A stretch of 63,809 bases of DNA, counting the filler, from Sphacelaria rigidula (taxonomy: Eukaryota): the NCBI GenBank assembly GCA_964200075.2. It is 11 parts of 11 records of this genome, joined end to end, with 100 filler letters (N's around TTAATTAATTAA, not from the genome) between each part and the next. Parts side by side here need not be neighbours in the genome. Positions count along the whole stretch, not along the records: positions 23,241 to 28,950 come from CAXNAA020025066.1; positions 29,051 to 34,760 come from CAXNAA020025067.1; positions 34,861 to 40,570 come from CAXNAA020025068.1; 8 more parts are not named here. One strand, 5' to 3'. Of the stretch, positions 24,371-37,075 are shown piece by piece; positions within the stretch are counted from its first letter, which is position 1; every line of letters begins with the position of its first letter. The notes under the pieces are model-generated. The model worked only from the letters and a program-made list of their open reading frames with translations, searched no databases and was not told where the DNA came from. A program made the translations under genes and the position numbers.

Positions 24371-26384
24371 TGTTTGGCGCTCGCGATGTTTTTTGTTTGA
24401 CGGCGCGGGTGTAGGCGATCTGCAGGGCCTTGTCTGTTGCGCTGCCTGTACTCATCATGCTTGAGCAGGATTCCGCTTGTAATCGTTTCATCTATCTGGT
24501 TCGCAAGGCCGAAACGCCGAATTTACACGTGGTATATAACCGAGCCATATTTTCACGGACTGCAAGACTTTCAACGCATATTAACCGTGCCCTCTATTAC
24601 TTCCTCCCTTGTTTCACCCACACTCTTGTCCTGGGTGTTCACATCCCGCTGAGGGAACCGGCGCTAAACATCATTGCGTTGGGGAGGACACGCAGGAACC
24701 ACTGAACGGTTTGCCAATGACGGTATGTTCCCGCGTGGAGTGTCTGCAATTTGGTTTGGTTTAGCTGATACCGGGTACCTTTTTATGGAATGTCTGCAAT
24801 TTGGTTCGGTTTAGCTAAACCCGGGTACCTTTTCATAGCATTCTGGTAGCAGGGTCATTACCTTGGTGCCACCAAGTAGGATCCCCATTTTATCCCACAC
24901 TGGTGATCGATTGTATGGTTCGCTATTCACCAGGTTGACTCCTTGACGCATTCTGTACCGTAGTTGGATACTACCTTGTTCCTTCGCGGTACCGTAGTTG
25001 AACAATACATTGTTCAGTTGCTTCAAACTTGGTTTTCGATATCATGCTGCCACTCATCCTCCCGTGGATTGCCTTGTCATTACTTATTCAGTAAGCAGAC
25101 GTACGTAGTTACCCTATTTTGCCTTTTTGCCCTTCATGCCCAGCCTACCATGCAAGTTGACTGCGCGACTATATATTTTTCTGACGGTTTTTACACGCCC
25201 TACATATAGTTTTTAGACACGTATGTCGCTGACATGGTCGCTGGACCCCCTTGGGGAGGGCGAAGCACGAGTTCAATATTTTTTGCGGGTTGTTGTCTCG
25301 CGTGCTCACCCTTTGCCACAAAACAACGCGGTTTCCCACCATGAGAACGCTGTATGACCAGAAAAGAAATGCACAAGCTTCTTGACCGAGGTGTTGCTCA
25401 CCCAACGTTCCCCGGCAAACGTTTGTCGACTACACGATTTTGTGTTCGGTAAAATTTGCCAAGTTCGCCAAATATATCTTTACTGCAGGGTCTCACAGGT
25501 TCCTTAGCCTGTTGATCGATAATACCGGCATACAACCAGCCCTCTCCAAATGCAACGCAATTACTCAGACGCCACGTCCATACAACCGAAAAACCACGTT
25601 CATTTCGAAAACCACCAGGTACCTTGGACAGTTTGTCCAGGAGCGTAGCATTCTAGTCGCCCTGCTGACCGATATTCTAAATAAGTAGGAAAGCCAACAG
25701 TATTGCTGCACGATGTAGGTAAACGCGCGCTCTCCTTATGCTGCCAAACTCTTGTGCCGTATCACTGCAGCAAGACTTCACCACAATCCGGTCGTCTCAT
25801 GGTGGCTCAGCTAGGATATGGCATACGAACTAGACTCTCGCACAATGAGCATCAATGTACAACTCATGCGTGTGAGGGCATGTTTCTTGTCATTTCTGTG
25901 CCTTGTCTCGGTATATTTAGTACAACGTACCTCATTATAATATTTTTACTCAGCATGCCTTGCCTATTTTATTTTCGCCATGATTATGTCTACAGTTTCA
26001 CAGGATTCGAGAACCTAGGGGGACGGCTGCTGAAGAGGTTACATAATTGTACAAATCTTGGCCCCAGAGATAGTACGTTTCACGCACACTCTTGCGCAAT
26101 CGTACCCTTCCCGACGACCTGACGCCATGCTATCGTCTGACACATTCCTCTTCGAGCTCTGGACTGGCCGTAAACATTAAACACGTACCACCTCTGTCTC
26201 AATAGCAAGAAGTTCCTTCCATATCCGCCCACCCTATCCGAAACACCTCATACCCGAAGTCGTGTTGGACTGCATTGCCTATATCTGTCACTATGTTGGA
26301 TTGTCGAAAACTCTACGTTGTTTCAGGCACTGACGGGTGGGGAAAAGGGAAAGACTTCAAAGGGGGGGGGGGGGCGTACCTATT

Positions 26385-26870
26385 TATTTCGAGCATCCAA
26401 GGAATTCCCTTAGCTGCTGTAGGCTGCACTGTTCCCCAACTCCTTCACCACCTTCACTTCATCCAAGTAGTTTCTGAGCTGTTGCCCTCTGTACTGTTTT
26501 CATCTTTACTATTTTTATTGCATCCAAGTATTCTTTTCTTTGCTGACCGTTTCCGCATCAAACTTTTCTCTCAGCTGCGGCCAGCTGCATTGTTTCCAGT
26601 TGTTCTATCATTTTCACCCCTTGCATTGCCATGTCTCACGCTTGTAGCAGGTCATCGAAGAATACCTCGGTTAGAAAGGGTGATAACGTACATCGACTCC
26701 TTCAAAAATATCAAAATATTTCGATATTTCCCTGTCTAGCACCGTCGCACTTTTGGCACATTTCTTTCGTCTTAATCGTCCACACCTTTCCTTTGATCAT
26801 AGTTCCTCATATATTTCCCCACAACCCATTGCTCCATACTGCGTCATAAGCCTTTTGCACCTGTATCACC
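26385..26870 (-). mobile_element. Degenerate non-LTR (LINE) reverse transcriptase fragment
   Basis: Minus strand reads QVQKAYDAVWSNGLW, then VLDREISKYFDIFEGV/CTLSPFL.EVFFDDLL, then QLETMQLAA. These match LINE RT motifs (KAYD; GVxQGCxLSP), with stops and frameshifts. Confidence 0.75.
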
Positions 26871-29050
26871 CCACAGTTTCTTCGACCCCGCCATCGCACT
26901 CGAAGCACCCCGCTTCCCCACGTAGTGAGGCCTTGAAGCTTTTGCCACAGGTGCTACCTCCTGGAAAGGCTACATCAGTGCCGAGTTAAAGCACCACGTG
27001 CATGATTATGGGAATTTCTTTCGGCAAGTACGATACGAAGATGGAGACTGGAAACAGCCATCTCGCTTGGAAGTTGAGCGCCGCAAGCTGAAACGGAGGA
27101 GCCAAAGAATACACTACAGCCATGGACGTGTACGAATGGCTGTTGTGTGATGGGGTACACGATATCATTGCTAGAGGAATACGGTGGTAAAATAAGGGAA
27201 TATGTAACTATATATTGCTGCTACCGTACGCTTCAGTAATGAATTTCGAGTGTTCCCTGTCTTTTTCTTGTGCCGCTTTGTTATCAACTGCTTCCCATTT
27301 GGTGATATACGGGCACATGTGTGAGCCAAGGCGCGTAGGCTCTATTTCCAGTAGAATAGGTATCGGTAGTTACAGAAGAGCACCCCTCAAAAGCTGCACT
27401 CCTGTAACTATTGATCAGTTCGCGGAAAGGTTGTTTTTAGCGAGGTTTAAGCCCCGCACTAAACTAGAATCCGGTCTAACTGATCCAGGGTGTCGACGGG
27501 CGATCACGCTAACTAGCCGATCGTTCTCCAGTCTGACTGAGATCCCGGGAAAACGACAGCGACCGTACTTGTCTGCTGTTTCTGTCGTTAGAACGGGCGT
27601 TATAGCTTTTTTTCCTCTCCTAACGGATGGAGTTTTCCCCTGCTTATCAGGGTTTACCTATTCATTAGATCTGCAACGAGTTTTCCCCTGTACTGCAATT
27701 CAGCAGGGTTTTCTCGTTTTACTTTCAGGCGTATGGGGCACAGGCTTTGTTTTTGTTCTGGCCCTTCCAGACCTCCAATAAATTTGTGTGTAGCCAAAAA
27801 CATATGGCCAGGGGGAAGTTACAGATTTATTGGTCATGTCCCAGTCGACTGGGTGCCATTTGTCATACTTTGTCATGCTTGGTACCTGATGGGTCATACT
27901 ACATTGTTTGATTGAATTTACTCGGCCGCCCCGTTGGGTCACAGCGGTTTTGGACTATGCATCTCAACTTGCAAAGCACAAGTTAGCCTGTACGCCAATA
28001 ATACAAGAGCATCTTCGCCATCAGGGACTGCCATCTCAGAGGATTCTCTGGTCTCCACAAAATGTAAGCCTGACCTTCATGCAACACATGTTTTGCTGCA
28101 GCCTGCACGGCTCATGGCATTCCACCTGACCACTGGTGAGGTGGCTGACTTTGCACTCGACAATATCGAACTCAATGGTTGCGGTACTAAAGACTGTGTT
28201 TGGGCCTGCTAGCCCCGGTGCCCACTGAACTGGCACCATTCCCAGCTAGGGTATCGAGCCATGACACTTCCGCTGAGTTTTTGAATCAGCGGACGCTCAC
28301 CTCTGATTCCTCGAGGATCGCCTCGGCACGTGCCTTCAGAATGTTCGAGCTGTGTGTTATCTCCCCAGCCGGGCTAGGTCGGGTTGAGATGGTATGTTTG
28401 CAGTTGCTTATCTCCAAACTGGGTCGAGATTGTGTGTTGGGTAGGAGTATGCGACTGATTTGTTTTGCGTTTAATTGTTCCGATTTTATACACGTGAGTA
28501 AGAGAAGGAAAATATCCCTTTTTGCATGGGCAAGTTCCATTATTTGCTCATGATATATTGAGTCCAAAGATTACAGATTAGGGGGGATGTTGAAGTAATT
28601 GTGTATCTTTGAGAAGGTCTACGACAAGGATCTACGAAGGAGTGACTGGCGTGACGTGTGGTGATCTGGTTGGGTACACGTGTAGGGTGTTACACCGCAT
28701 TTAGGCGTTACGTTACATACGTGAAGTCTTGACTTCGTGACATGAGATATGTGGCTCGCACATCATCCCACTCCATTCCACCACCGCAGTCAGACTGGCT
28801 GACCTGCTTTAATAAACTATCTCCACAACTCTTCACGGGTAACCGAGCCAACCAACATACAAGAACAACAAATTGTGCGAATTGAGGTTTAACTGCGAGA
28901 TGAGGTTCAAGCCTGAAACAGTTCTTTCCCCACACTTTCAGCGATGGGGCNNNNNNNNNNNNNNNNNNNNNNNNNNNNNNNNNNNNNNNNNNNNTTAATT
29001 AATTAANNNNNNNNNNNNNNNNNNNNNNNNNNNNNNNNNNNNNNNNNNNN

Positions 29051-29492
29051 GGCCTCAGATACTCCACTCGAATTTTGAGTAGAGCGAGTACGGCCTCCAA
29101 TACTCTACTCAAATTTTGAGTAGGCCGAGTACGGCCTCAAATACTCTACTCAAGTTTTTGAGTACGTTGAGTACAGCCTCCAATACTCTACTCAAATTTT
29201 GAGTAGGTCGAGAAAGGCCTCAAAAACTCTACTCAAATTTTGAGTAGGTTGCGTATGGTCTCAAATACTCTACTCAAATTTTGAGTAAGTCGAGTACGAC
29301 CTCGAATACTCTACTTAAATATTGAGTAAGCACTCTCAGTGATACTTGAGTATAGAGTATCACTTGAGTATGACCTCAATACTCTACTCAAATTTCGAGT
29401 ACGTTGAGTACGGCTTCCAATACTCTACTCAAATATTGAGTACTAAAAGTATGACTCTTCAAAAATAGTGAGTATTGAGTATACTCTACTCG
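29051..29492. repeat. 39-bp minisatellite with a palindromic core, ~11 units
   Basis: Unit gagtacggcctcaaatactctactcaaattttgagtag; the core tactcaaattttgagta is self-complementary. A solo unit occurs at ~44082. Confidence 0.9.
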
Positions 29493-29785
29493 ACCTACCC
29501 TTGGACCACTTCAAAATACGAACCATGGAAATACATATATTTTCGATTTCCCCCTCTTCCAATTTTTACTCACCTTGTGAGAGTAACGGTTCCCCCGCGC
29601 GTTCCCAAGGAATACGTCAAACCCCGCAGCTGCCAGTCGCAATCCTAACGCATGTTCCCTTGGCGTCGACGAAGATTATGAAAACGTAACGACGTGGCGG
29701 CACGGGGAACATCGGGGAAAATGATGATAACGACAACAACAACAACAACAACAACAACATAATAGTAATATTATTCTTCTTTGGT

Positions 29786-29832
29786 ATTATTATTATTATT
29801 ATGATTGTTCAGTATTATTATTATGATTGTTC

Positions 29833-29921
<89 letters not shown>

Positions 29922-29940
29922 CGTTATCATTATCATTATT
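29786..29940. repeat. (TTA)n microsatellite with an adjacent (CAA)n at ~29733
   Basis: Direct reading. Confidence 0.95.
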
Positions 29941-30664
29941 ATGAAAACTACTCGTAAAGTCAACAGAACCAAATGTTCCCCCTGACACACACGAAGTGAA
30001 TATTTGGAAACAAGACACCGACAGCTCAACGAACACACCTACCGAGGACCCACATTAAACATGAAGACAAAACGGTATTCAGCAATTGCATCGGATGTTG
30101 CCGCAGCGGTCCGAATGGTCTAATGGATAATTTACATCTCCACAACGGCTCGTAGGGCAAAGTTAAGGATTTGGTTCCCAGCAGATACGTTGTGTTTTTC
30201 TTCGGAGGAGTACAGTGCAGGCTCGCTCACAAGAAATGTCTCCGTTGGGAATTGAGTCTCAGATTTTCGAAAAATTAAGAAATTTGCCGCAAGAAACTGA
30301 GCTCAAAAGATGATAAAAAATGAGAAGCGGAGCGGCAGCAAAATTGATCAGTATTGTGCAACGAATGTTCGTACCTATGAAGAATAACTGACGGAAGGAA
30401 CATGAAGAAATAACTGGGGCTGGGAATCAGAAATGACCGAAGAAAATAAATAGACGGAATTATCTGGGCCAGATATAGGAAATGGTGACATGAGAAATAA
30501 CGCTCATATCGGCTGCGAAAGTAAGGTTTTGAGGCTCGCCCAAGATAGCTGCTCCTTATGAGCGGGCCGACATGGCATCTCCTTTCCATCATAGAAAACG
30601 TGAGGAAGTGGGTAGCGAAGAAAAGTTGACGAAAATCGACGAGGCACTCGAGTGTTGATCCAAC

Positions 30665-31115
30665 CCCTAGTAACACGGAATTTCACATATTGAGGACAGA
30701 TTAAGTTTTTGAGGATGAACCTCGGGAACCTTCATGAGCATCGAAATATTTGAACAAACAAAAAAAGGCAAATGCACTCTCCGTCCGTGATGTGTGGCCT
30801 CACTCATCCTATCCATAGAAAAAAAAAACACATCTATCTGCAGTTTGTAAAATCTCGTGGTGACAGGAAATTCTAAAAGATTAAAACATTTTTGATTGGA
30901 TGGACGGAAATGAGCGGAGGTCGAAATTGTTCGGTGCAAACACGGGATCTTCACAGATTGCGGATGGATTCTTCGGAGAATGAGCGAGACCACACATCAC
31001 GGCCACAGAGAGCGTTTGCATTTTATTTCGACAATGAGTCGATGCTTATAAAGGTTCCCACGGTTTATGCTCAAAACAAAACACCAGCAATTTGTCAAAT
31101 CCCGTATTGGGTACC
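30665..31115. mobile_element. Foldback/MITE-like element with long imperfect inverted arms; partial relative at ~52510-52730
   Basis: 30670-30810 (..gggaaccttcatgagcatcga..ccgtgatgtgtggcctcactcat) is the reverse complement of 30980-31110 (..gaccacacatcacggc..tcgatgcttataaaggttccc..). Confidence 0.65.
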
Positions 31116-32127
31116 AAAATACCAGGCACGTAGTACCGCACCGGGGAAGAGATGGACTGATATCTTCGGACTACGGGTCCGCTCTGAGAAAGGGGAGGGG
31201 TACTGTAACAATCAGCACGCACCTCCTGCGTATGTCGTTGCATAATACGCGTCGCTACTGACACCAGAGAAAAGCTGAACTATCGCCAGATACCGCGACG
31301 ATCCACGACACAAAGCAAACAGACGCTGCGCCCTGCATCGCGTATCTCGCCGCCAAGCCCCACTACCGGATCGGATACCACATATGCTTTATGGAGGACA
31401 TCATCTTGGGGCTACTTCAAAGCACACAGCCTCGAAGGTTTCGTAAACTGGTGCGACAACACCGCAGGAAATAGTAACGTTGTAAACAGCGTGTCGAGAT
31501 CTTCCGGATCAGCTAACGAGATCCTGCAGTAGTGCGGGTCTTTTTTTTAGGGGAAAACGACCTTCCACCTTGATAATGAGATTACATAGCCGTGCAGAGC
31601 GTTGTTCACGAGAGAAAATGACCTTTGGATGTCAGCCGACATCCTGTAGCAGTGCGGGACCTTGTTGATTTGGAAAGTGGCATCTTGAGCAGTAAAATGT
31701 CCTGTAGCATCGCGGGGCCTGTAAAAAAAGTAATCATGGATTCTTCACTCCATACTTCCTACAATGTGTCGATAAGAGTGGCACGGGATCCCGTTTGAAT
31801 GTGATGTACAAGTAGTGCGCGCAAAAATTGACCGCATTTCAAGTGGGACTCATCATTGTAAGTGGATTAGGCCCTACCCATCATGCCAAATGAGAAAATT
31901 GAATACAGCTGAGTTCCGAGGCCACAATGTACGGCCCTGCCTTGAGGGAAAAAAAAAACGCCTTCAAACGTGGGGATACTTCGGTATGCTGCACCGCACC
32001 TGCCTCCGCACAGCAGCGCCTCGCAGTCTTGCATCAGCCCGTGCATCAACAGTACAGGTGGACCCTTCTTTCTTCCGTTCGATTCCTAGTAAGGCAGGGG
32101 TGGGCGGGCGGGTGGGTGAGGGGTGGA

Positions 32128-32359
32128 GATACTCAAGGTCTTGAGCGCCGTAGTCATGAGACCAATGACATCGCATCCCTACAAAGCCGGGACGGAGTAC
32201 GCCGGGTTTTTGCCGGACCAGACTCGCGATCACCAAGCGTCAAGCGCCATGACGTGTTCGGCGAGTCGCGTAAAGGGTGAGCTGCACCCTACCAAGATTG
32301 TTCCGCCCGAAGCGTACGGATTATTTTGCACATGGGCGACAGCTTTCTACGAGTTGCTT
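32128..32359 (-). mobile_element. Long copy of the poly(C)-associated SINE-like element
   Basis: G-rich tract, then atactca..gcatccctacaaagccgggacggagtacgccggg..gggtgagctgca..gagttgctt; homologous to the copies at 13211 and 48923. Confidence 0.8.
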
Positions 32360-33003
32360 CGTTTTCTGGTATCGCCGCTTCCACAGACAGCCACAGGTTT
32401 CACAATGCCTCATGGGTGTCTCGCCATGTCAACACTACGTAGTATGATCATTCCCCTTGCGCGGAGTTGAGGTTCTCAACCCCGCACAACATGATCTAAG
32501 CCGACCACCATCACGGTTACCGCAATAAAAACCCAAGGGGGGGATGGGGGGGGACCGGTAACCTGGTTGCCTAGTTACGCAGTGGAATGGCGTGTTTTTT
32601 ACAGCGTCGTTGCCCACCGACGTGAACCCTCAAAAGAGGGACGGGGGGACGGGGAGACGGGGCGGGGGGAGAGACGTCCTGTTAGGTCAAAGCATTTTAC
32701 TACGTCCAAGCTGTGCTTTCAGGTCAGCGCATTTGACGCCCAAGCTGTACCTTCAGATGCATTTTACATCCAACGTCCAGGCTGAATTGAAGTGTTAATG
32801 AAAATATTCTCTTCTAGGCTAGACGTGCAATGGTTCCAGCGACCTCTTTATATTGGCTCTTGTGCGGCACGCTGTGGATCTCAGTGGCTCAGAAGCCCAC
32901 GACCTCGGGATACTCGCACGACGGTCGTGGTAGCTACCCCCCACAACCAGAGCCAAAACCTACCCTAATCTGGAACCGAACCACACAACCGGCTGTGTGC
33001 TGT

Positions 33004-33422
33004 AAGGTATACCGGCTGAAATTCGGGTATTCACAGAAGAACACGAAGAGGCATTGCATCGGTAAATTCTCTTCCGAACCACGACGGGTTGCTCCAAGGG
33101 CAGGTCGGGTAGGGTACGATATCTGGTATTTTGAAAAGTCGCACGTCACCTGCCCATGAAAGTTACAGTGACTTGTATGGGCTTCAGAGTGGGGAACAAC
33201 AGCACTGCGCTGGTTGCTGCTGTGGGCATGGGTCGGATCCCCACCTTATCGAAATACCAAAAAAATCGGATATATCCTACCCGACCTGCCCTCGGATTGT
33301 TCGGAACAGGGCTCGATACCCTGCCGATCAATACCGGAATGTTCAATACACGTTTCGTACGTTTCGGTACGGTTAATTGACAGCATGCAAACCAAAAATC
33401 TTCCACTTCCGGGTATACCGTA
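33004..33422. mobile_element. MITE-like palindromic element
   Basis: gggcaggtcgggtagg..tggtatttt (33098-33132) is inverted at 33248-33291; ggtatacc motifs mark both ends. Confidence 0.6.
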
Positions 33423-35940
33423 TCTAAAAAGAACACAACCTCTGTAAATTTTGCTGGCAAGCAAGCAAAGACTCTTCTGATGCCCTGCATGTCTCCTGGG
33501 CTCAAGCGTTGCAAGAGTAATCTCAGTCGCATATTGGGCACGCACGGGACCCGCTTTTTTTCCCATGCGGTTCAGATGAGGTAGTGAGGATCGCCATGAC
33601 GGCTACACGACCGGTCTACACTGCAGCAGAATTTTCTGATTCGTGAACGCGCTGATGAAGTCACATAAAAATTCCCAGTTCATGATTACTGTGGAGGTCA
33701 CGATATTGCATGTGCGGAGGGATTTTTCCCATTACATTCAAACCGGACAAAGCCATTGCAGAAGCAGTCCCCAACTGTCCGCAAGGACGATCCAACAGTG
33801 GACTATGCGGGAGGATATCTGTGCAGCCGACCCTGGGACCCTAGGCAACAGTTGTCAACAGCACAAGAGCTCCACACAACCAGAGCCACCGTTAAACCCT
33901 GGGGATTTAGTCCAACACACAACAGAACACAAAGGGCTATTCTGCACCCGGCGCAGGTTGAGTCGAAGAGTCTTACCCCCCGACTACGGTACATCCTTGC
34001 CTAAATAACAAGGAAGTAAATCATGGCCTCGCCCTGACGGTTCATGCCGTTCACAGCGGTTCACAAAGGCGACGCCAGAGTTATCTCATGGTGTCGCCAA
34101 TGTGAACTGCTAATTCCTCGACGGACGCGTGTGGGAATTTTTCCTTTCTATGTGATGGCTCCCACAGTACTGCCGAACCATGATGCATTTAAGGAACATG
34201 TGAAAAATATCTTACTCTCATGAAGATTTGGCCAACGGCAGCATGCCAAATATCCAACAGGTCAGGATAGCACTCATGTAAACACATGTATGCATATATG
34301 AGTAATGTGTATATATGAGTAATGTTTCAGTCCATTTTCTCCAGTGCACTCTGCCGAGTGAGTAGCTTCATTTATTCATGAGCTTGGGTAGGCCTATCAT
34401 GTAACCACGGCTGGATTCGTAGCGGTTCAGATCATGTTCGATAATCAATCAATCGATCAGTCTATCTATCTATCTATCGATCAATCGATGACTTGACGAC
34501 ATTCACGAGCTGGGCCAGCCTAGAGGCGGATTTGAAGTTTGCAGGCCCATGCTCTTTCATATACTTAGAGTCGGACCCTGAAATTTGGTATGGATAATGC
34601 ATGGGGCATAAAAATACAAATAAATCTGTACCACAACTTTTTTTATGAGTTAAGAGTATTTTACTGAGGCCGCTTCTTGTAACAGACCAAAAAAAGAGGG
34701 CAATATACAAAAAAGGGTAGACCCTTATGTTTTTGGAGCAAAAAAGGGTGGCGCATTTTTNNNNNNNNNNNNNNNNNNNNNNNNNNNNNNNNNNNNNNNN
34801 NNNNTTAATTAATTAANNNNNNNNNNNNNNNNNNNNNNNNNNNNNNNNNNNNNNNNNNNNGCCCTACGCTGGTTTCCCCCCCCCTTTTTTCGGGGGGGGC
34901 GAAAAGTGTTTTCCCTTCCCCCCCCCCCCCCCCGACCCCCGAAGCCATACAAGAACCAAGTGCTTCGGAGTAGGTTTTGAGGATTTTTTTCTTTATTTTT
35001 TTCATTTTGGACAGGATCTTCAAGTCGAGACATGAGCAAGTTTTAGGCGTGTGATACACTTTGTCTCTCACGGAGTACTCCTTCGATTTTTGTTTTTTAC
35101 AGCGATATCACCTTGGGGGATAGGGTTAGGGTCAGGGTGAGGTCTTTTGCCCAAAATACAAAGGCCATCCTACCGGATGCTATTCCATCACAGTTATTGT
35201 GCGTTGCTGTTGTGGGTGATGAGTACATGCGGTACAGAGGTGAAGAGGTGTTGCACAAGGCCGTTATACAGAAGGTAACGTCATGATCGTATGCGGTTAC
35301 GGAGGTCGGCAACGAAAAATAAATAGCTGGTACCACGTTTGTGCTAAGGGGCTGACAGTAGCTTTGGTCGGAGACTGATGGCGACGCACGGTGCTGTTGT
35401 GTAGGACGTGGAATCGAAACCCGAAGGGTCCCGACCGCTGTACGTGTCTGACTTGCAATGTTGGCATTTCTGCGCTTGGTGGGTGCTGCATGCGGCTCAC
35501 ACGACTGCGCCATCAATTCAACCGCGCCGCGGCATGTTTGTGTTATTCCAACGCCGAGCCCAAATGGGCCGAAGAAATACAATCGGGTAGCCGTTGAGCG
35601 CCCACAGTAGCGCTGATCGCGCGGCATACATAATAGTTGAGTGGCACACCGCGAGTTACACGAATGGACAAAAATTCGCGTGGCGCATGCAGTGTGTGCC
35701 CAAAGAAACGCAGCTGAAAGCGACGACAAATAAGGGAGCAACGTTTCTGTTAGTAGCCAGCCAAGGAGCATCCCTCTGTTTTTGCACCAAATGCCCACGT
35801 GGTCCGTCTTATTTTTCGCGTGCCTCTTAACGTTGTTGTGGTATACTTCAATGTCCTCAATGCTGTGCCGCCGGTGTTGTGGCTATCACCATTATCGTCG
35901 CCGGTCTTGCGTTATGTATCGCTATGTGTATGTATTTTAG

Positions 35941-36057
35941 GTTCCAGGAACAGCTGAAGAAGCTAGCTCCGTCGGGGGAGAACCCTGTTGCACCCGCGCT
36001 CGGCAAAGCGTTCGACTTACTTGGCCAGCATCGATTGAGGACAGGGGTCGACACCTG
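35941..36057 (+). CDS. INTS6: Single internal exon resembling the Integrator subunit 6 VWA domain
   Basis: ttttag|G TTC...ACC TG|gtaagc. FQEQLKKLAPSGENPVAPALGKAFDLLGQHRLRTGVDTW aligns by eye with the INTS6 segment FMNELKNLQAEGLTTLGQSLRTAFDLLNLNRLVTGIDNY. No neighbouring exons were found. Confidence 0.6.
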
Positions 36058-36414
36058 GTAAGCCCGCCTCCGTTCGCTTGGCTTGCTGTGTATGTCACCT
36101 CTGCGTTGTATACCAGCATCCCACCCTCCCGTGAATAGGGTCAGGATTAGGGTTAGGGCTGTACCTGAAGCCTTCCCGTGGATAGCATAGCACCACCATA
36201 TGATTTGAGCTTCGCGTTTATTGTTTTGCTGTTCCTCTTATCGCTATTATTTCTTTGTTATCATTCCCCACCCCCCCGCGCGCGAGCCTGGTCCGGCGAA
36301 ACCCGGCGTGCTGTCCCGGCTTTGTAGGGATGCAAGATCAGTGGTCATATGAATATAGGCTGGTTCACGGAAAAAAAAACCAAAACACTCATCGCCAAAA
36401 CTTTATGCCGTTAT

Positions 36415-37075
36415 AAGGAGTTAGACCCTGAAATTTTGCACAGGTGTTCTATAGGTTATTACGCAACTTTCCAAGGTCGAGGTTGTTTTACTTATTGAAT
36501 TTTTCACTGTTTGTCCGGGGTCCCAGTTTTTTCGGGGAACCTTCGATCCAGTCGGACCCCCGTAAAACGGTAAATATAAGAAATATAAAAACCCATCCAT
36601 CCAAAGTTGCGTAATGATCCATAGCACAGTTGTGCAAAATTTCAGGGCCTAACTCCTTGAAAACGGCGTGAAGGTTTTCGCGTTTGTGCGATGAACTTTG
36701 CCGTGCCACGGTGAAACGGCAAACTGCTAGATTTTCGTATGAAAATGGCGTCTTCGGGCCTTCTTTGACGTGAACATGAACATTCAAGCACCAGTTAATT
36801 GAGTTTGGCCACGAAACTTTGTGGGTTTCTTCCTTTGGTTTTGCGGCGACAGAACGAACGCGAAAAAAAAAAACGGAGTGCCGGTTTTCCGGGTCCCAGA
36901 ATGGACGACTTACGACTTCGAGAAAACGATTTGGATCCCGTCGGACCCCCGAAAAACGGTAAAAAAAATGAAAACCTCGTAGATCGAAACTTGCGTCATG
37001 ATTCATAGCACATTTGTGCAAAGTTTCAGGGCCTAAATCCTAATGAATGCGTGAAGATTTGCGCGTTTGTACGAG
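36415..37075. mobile_element. Non-autonomous DNA-transposon/foldback-like element with direct and inverted ~60-145 bp modules
   Basis: 36545-36690 is repeated directly at 36933-37074, and 36415-36470 is the reverse complement of 36604-36659. Confidence 0.65.

Noticed and set aside
24500..28950. Large decayed LTR retrotransposon on the minus strand (hints: VVD..KLVHF, GPAT-VSD, VIYHV)
   Set aside because: Motif hints need frameshifts and are too weak to call by eye. Only the LINE RT fragment was kept; a translated search would settle it.
29051..29492. CRISPR array (palindromic repeats)
   Set aside because: Units are contiguous with no unique spacers.
35879..35940. Transmembrane helix upstream of the INTS6-like exon
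   Set aside because: There is no AG acceptor in the ~150 bp upstream. It is T-rich intron sequence preceding the acceptor at 35940.
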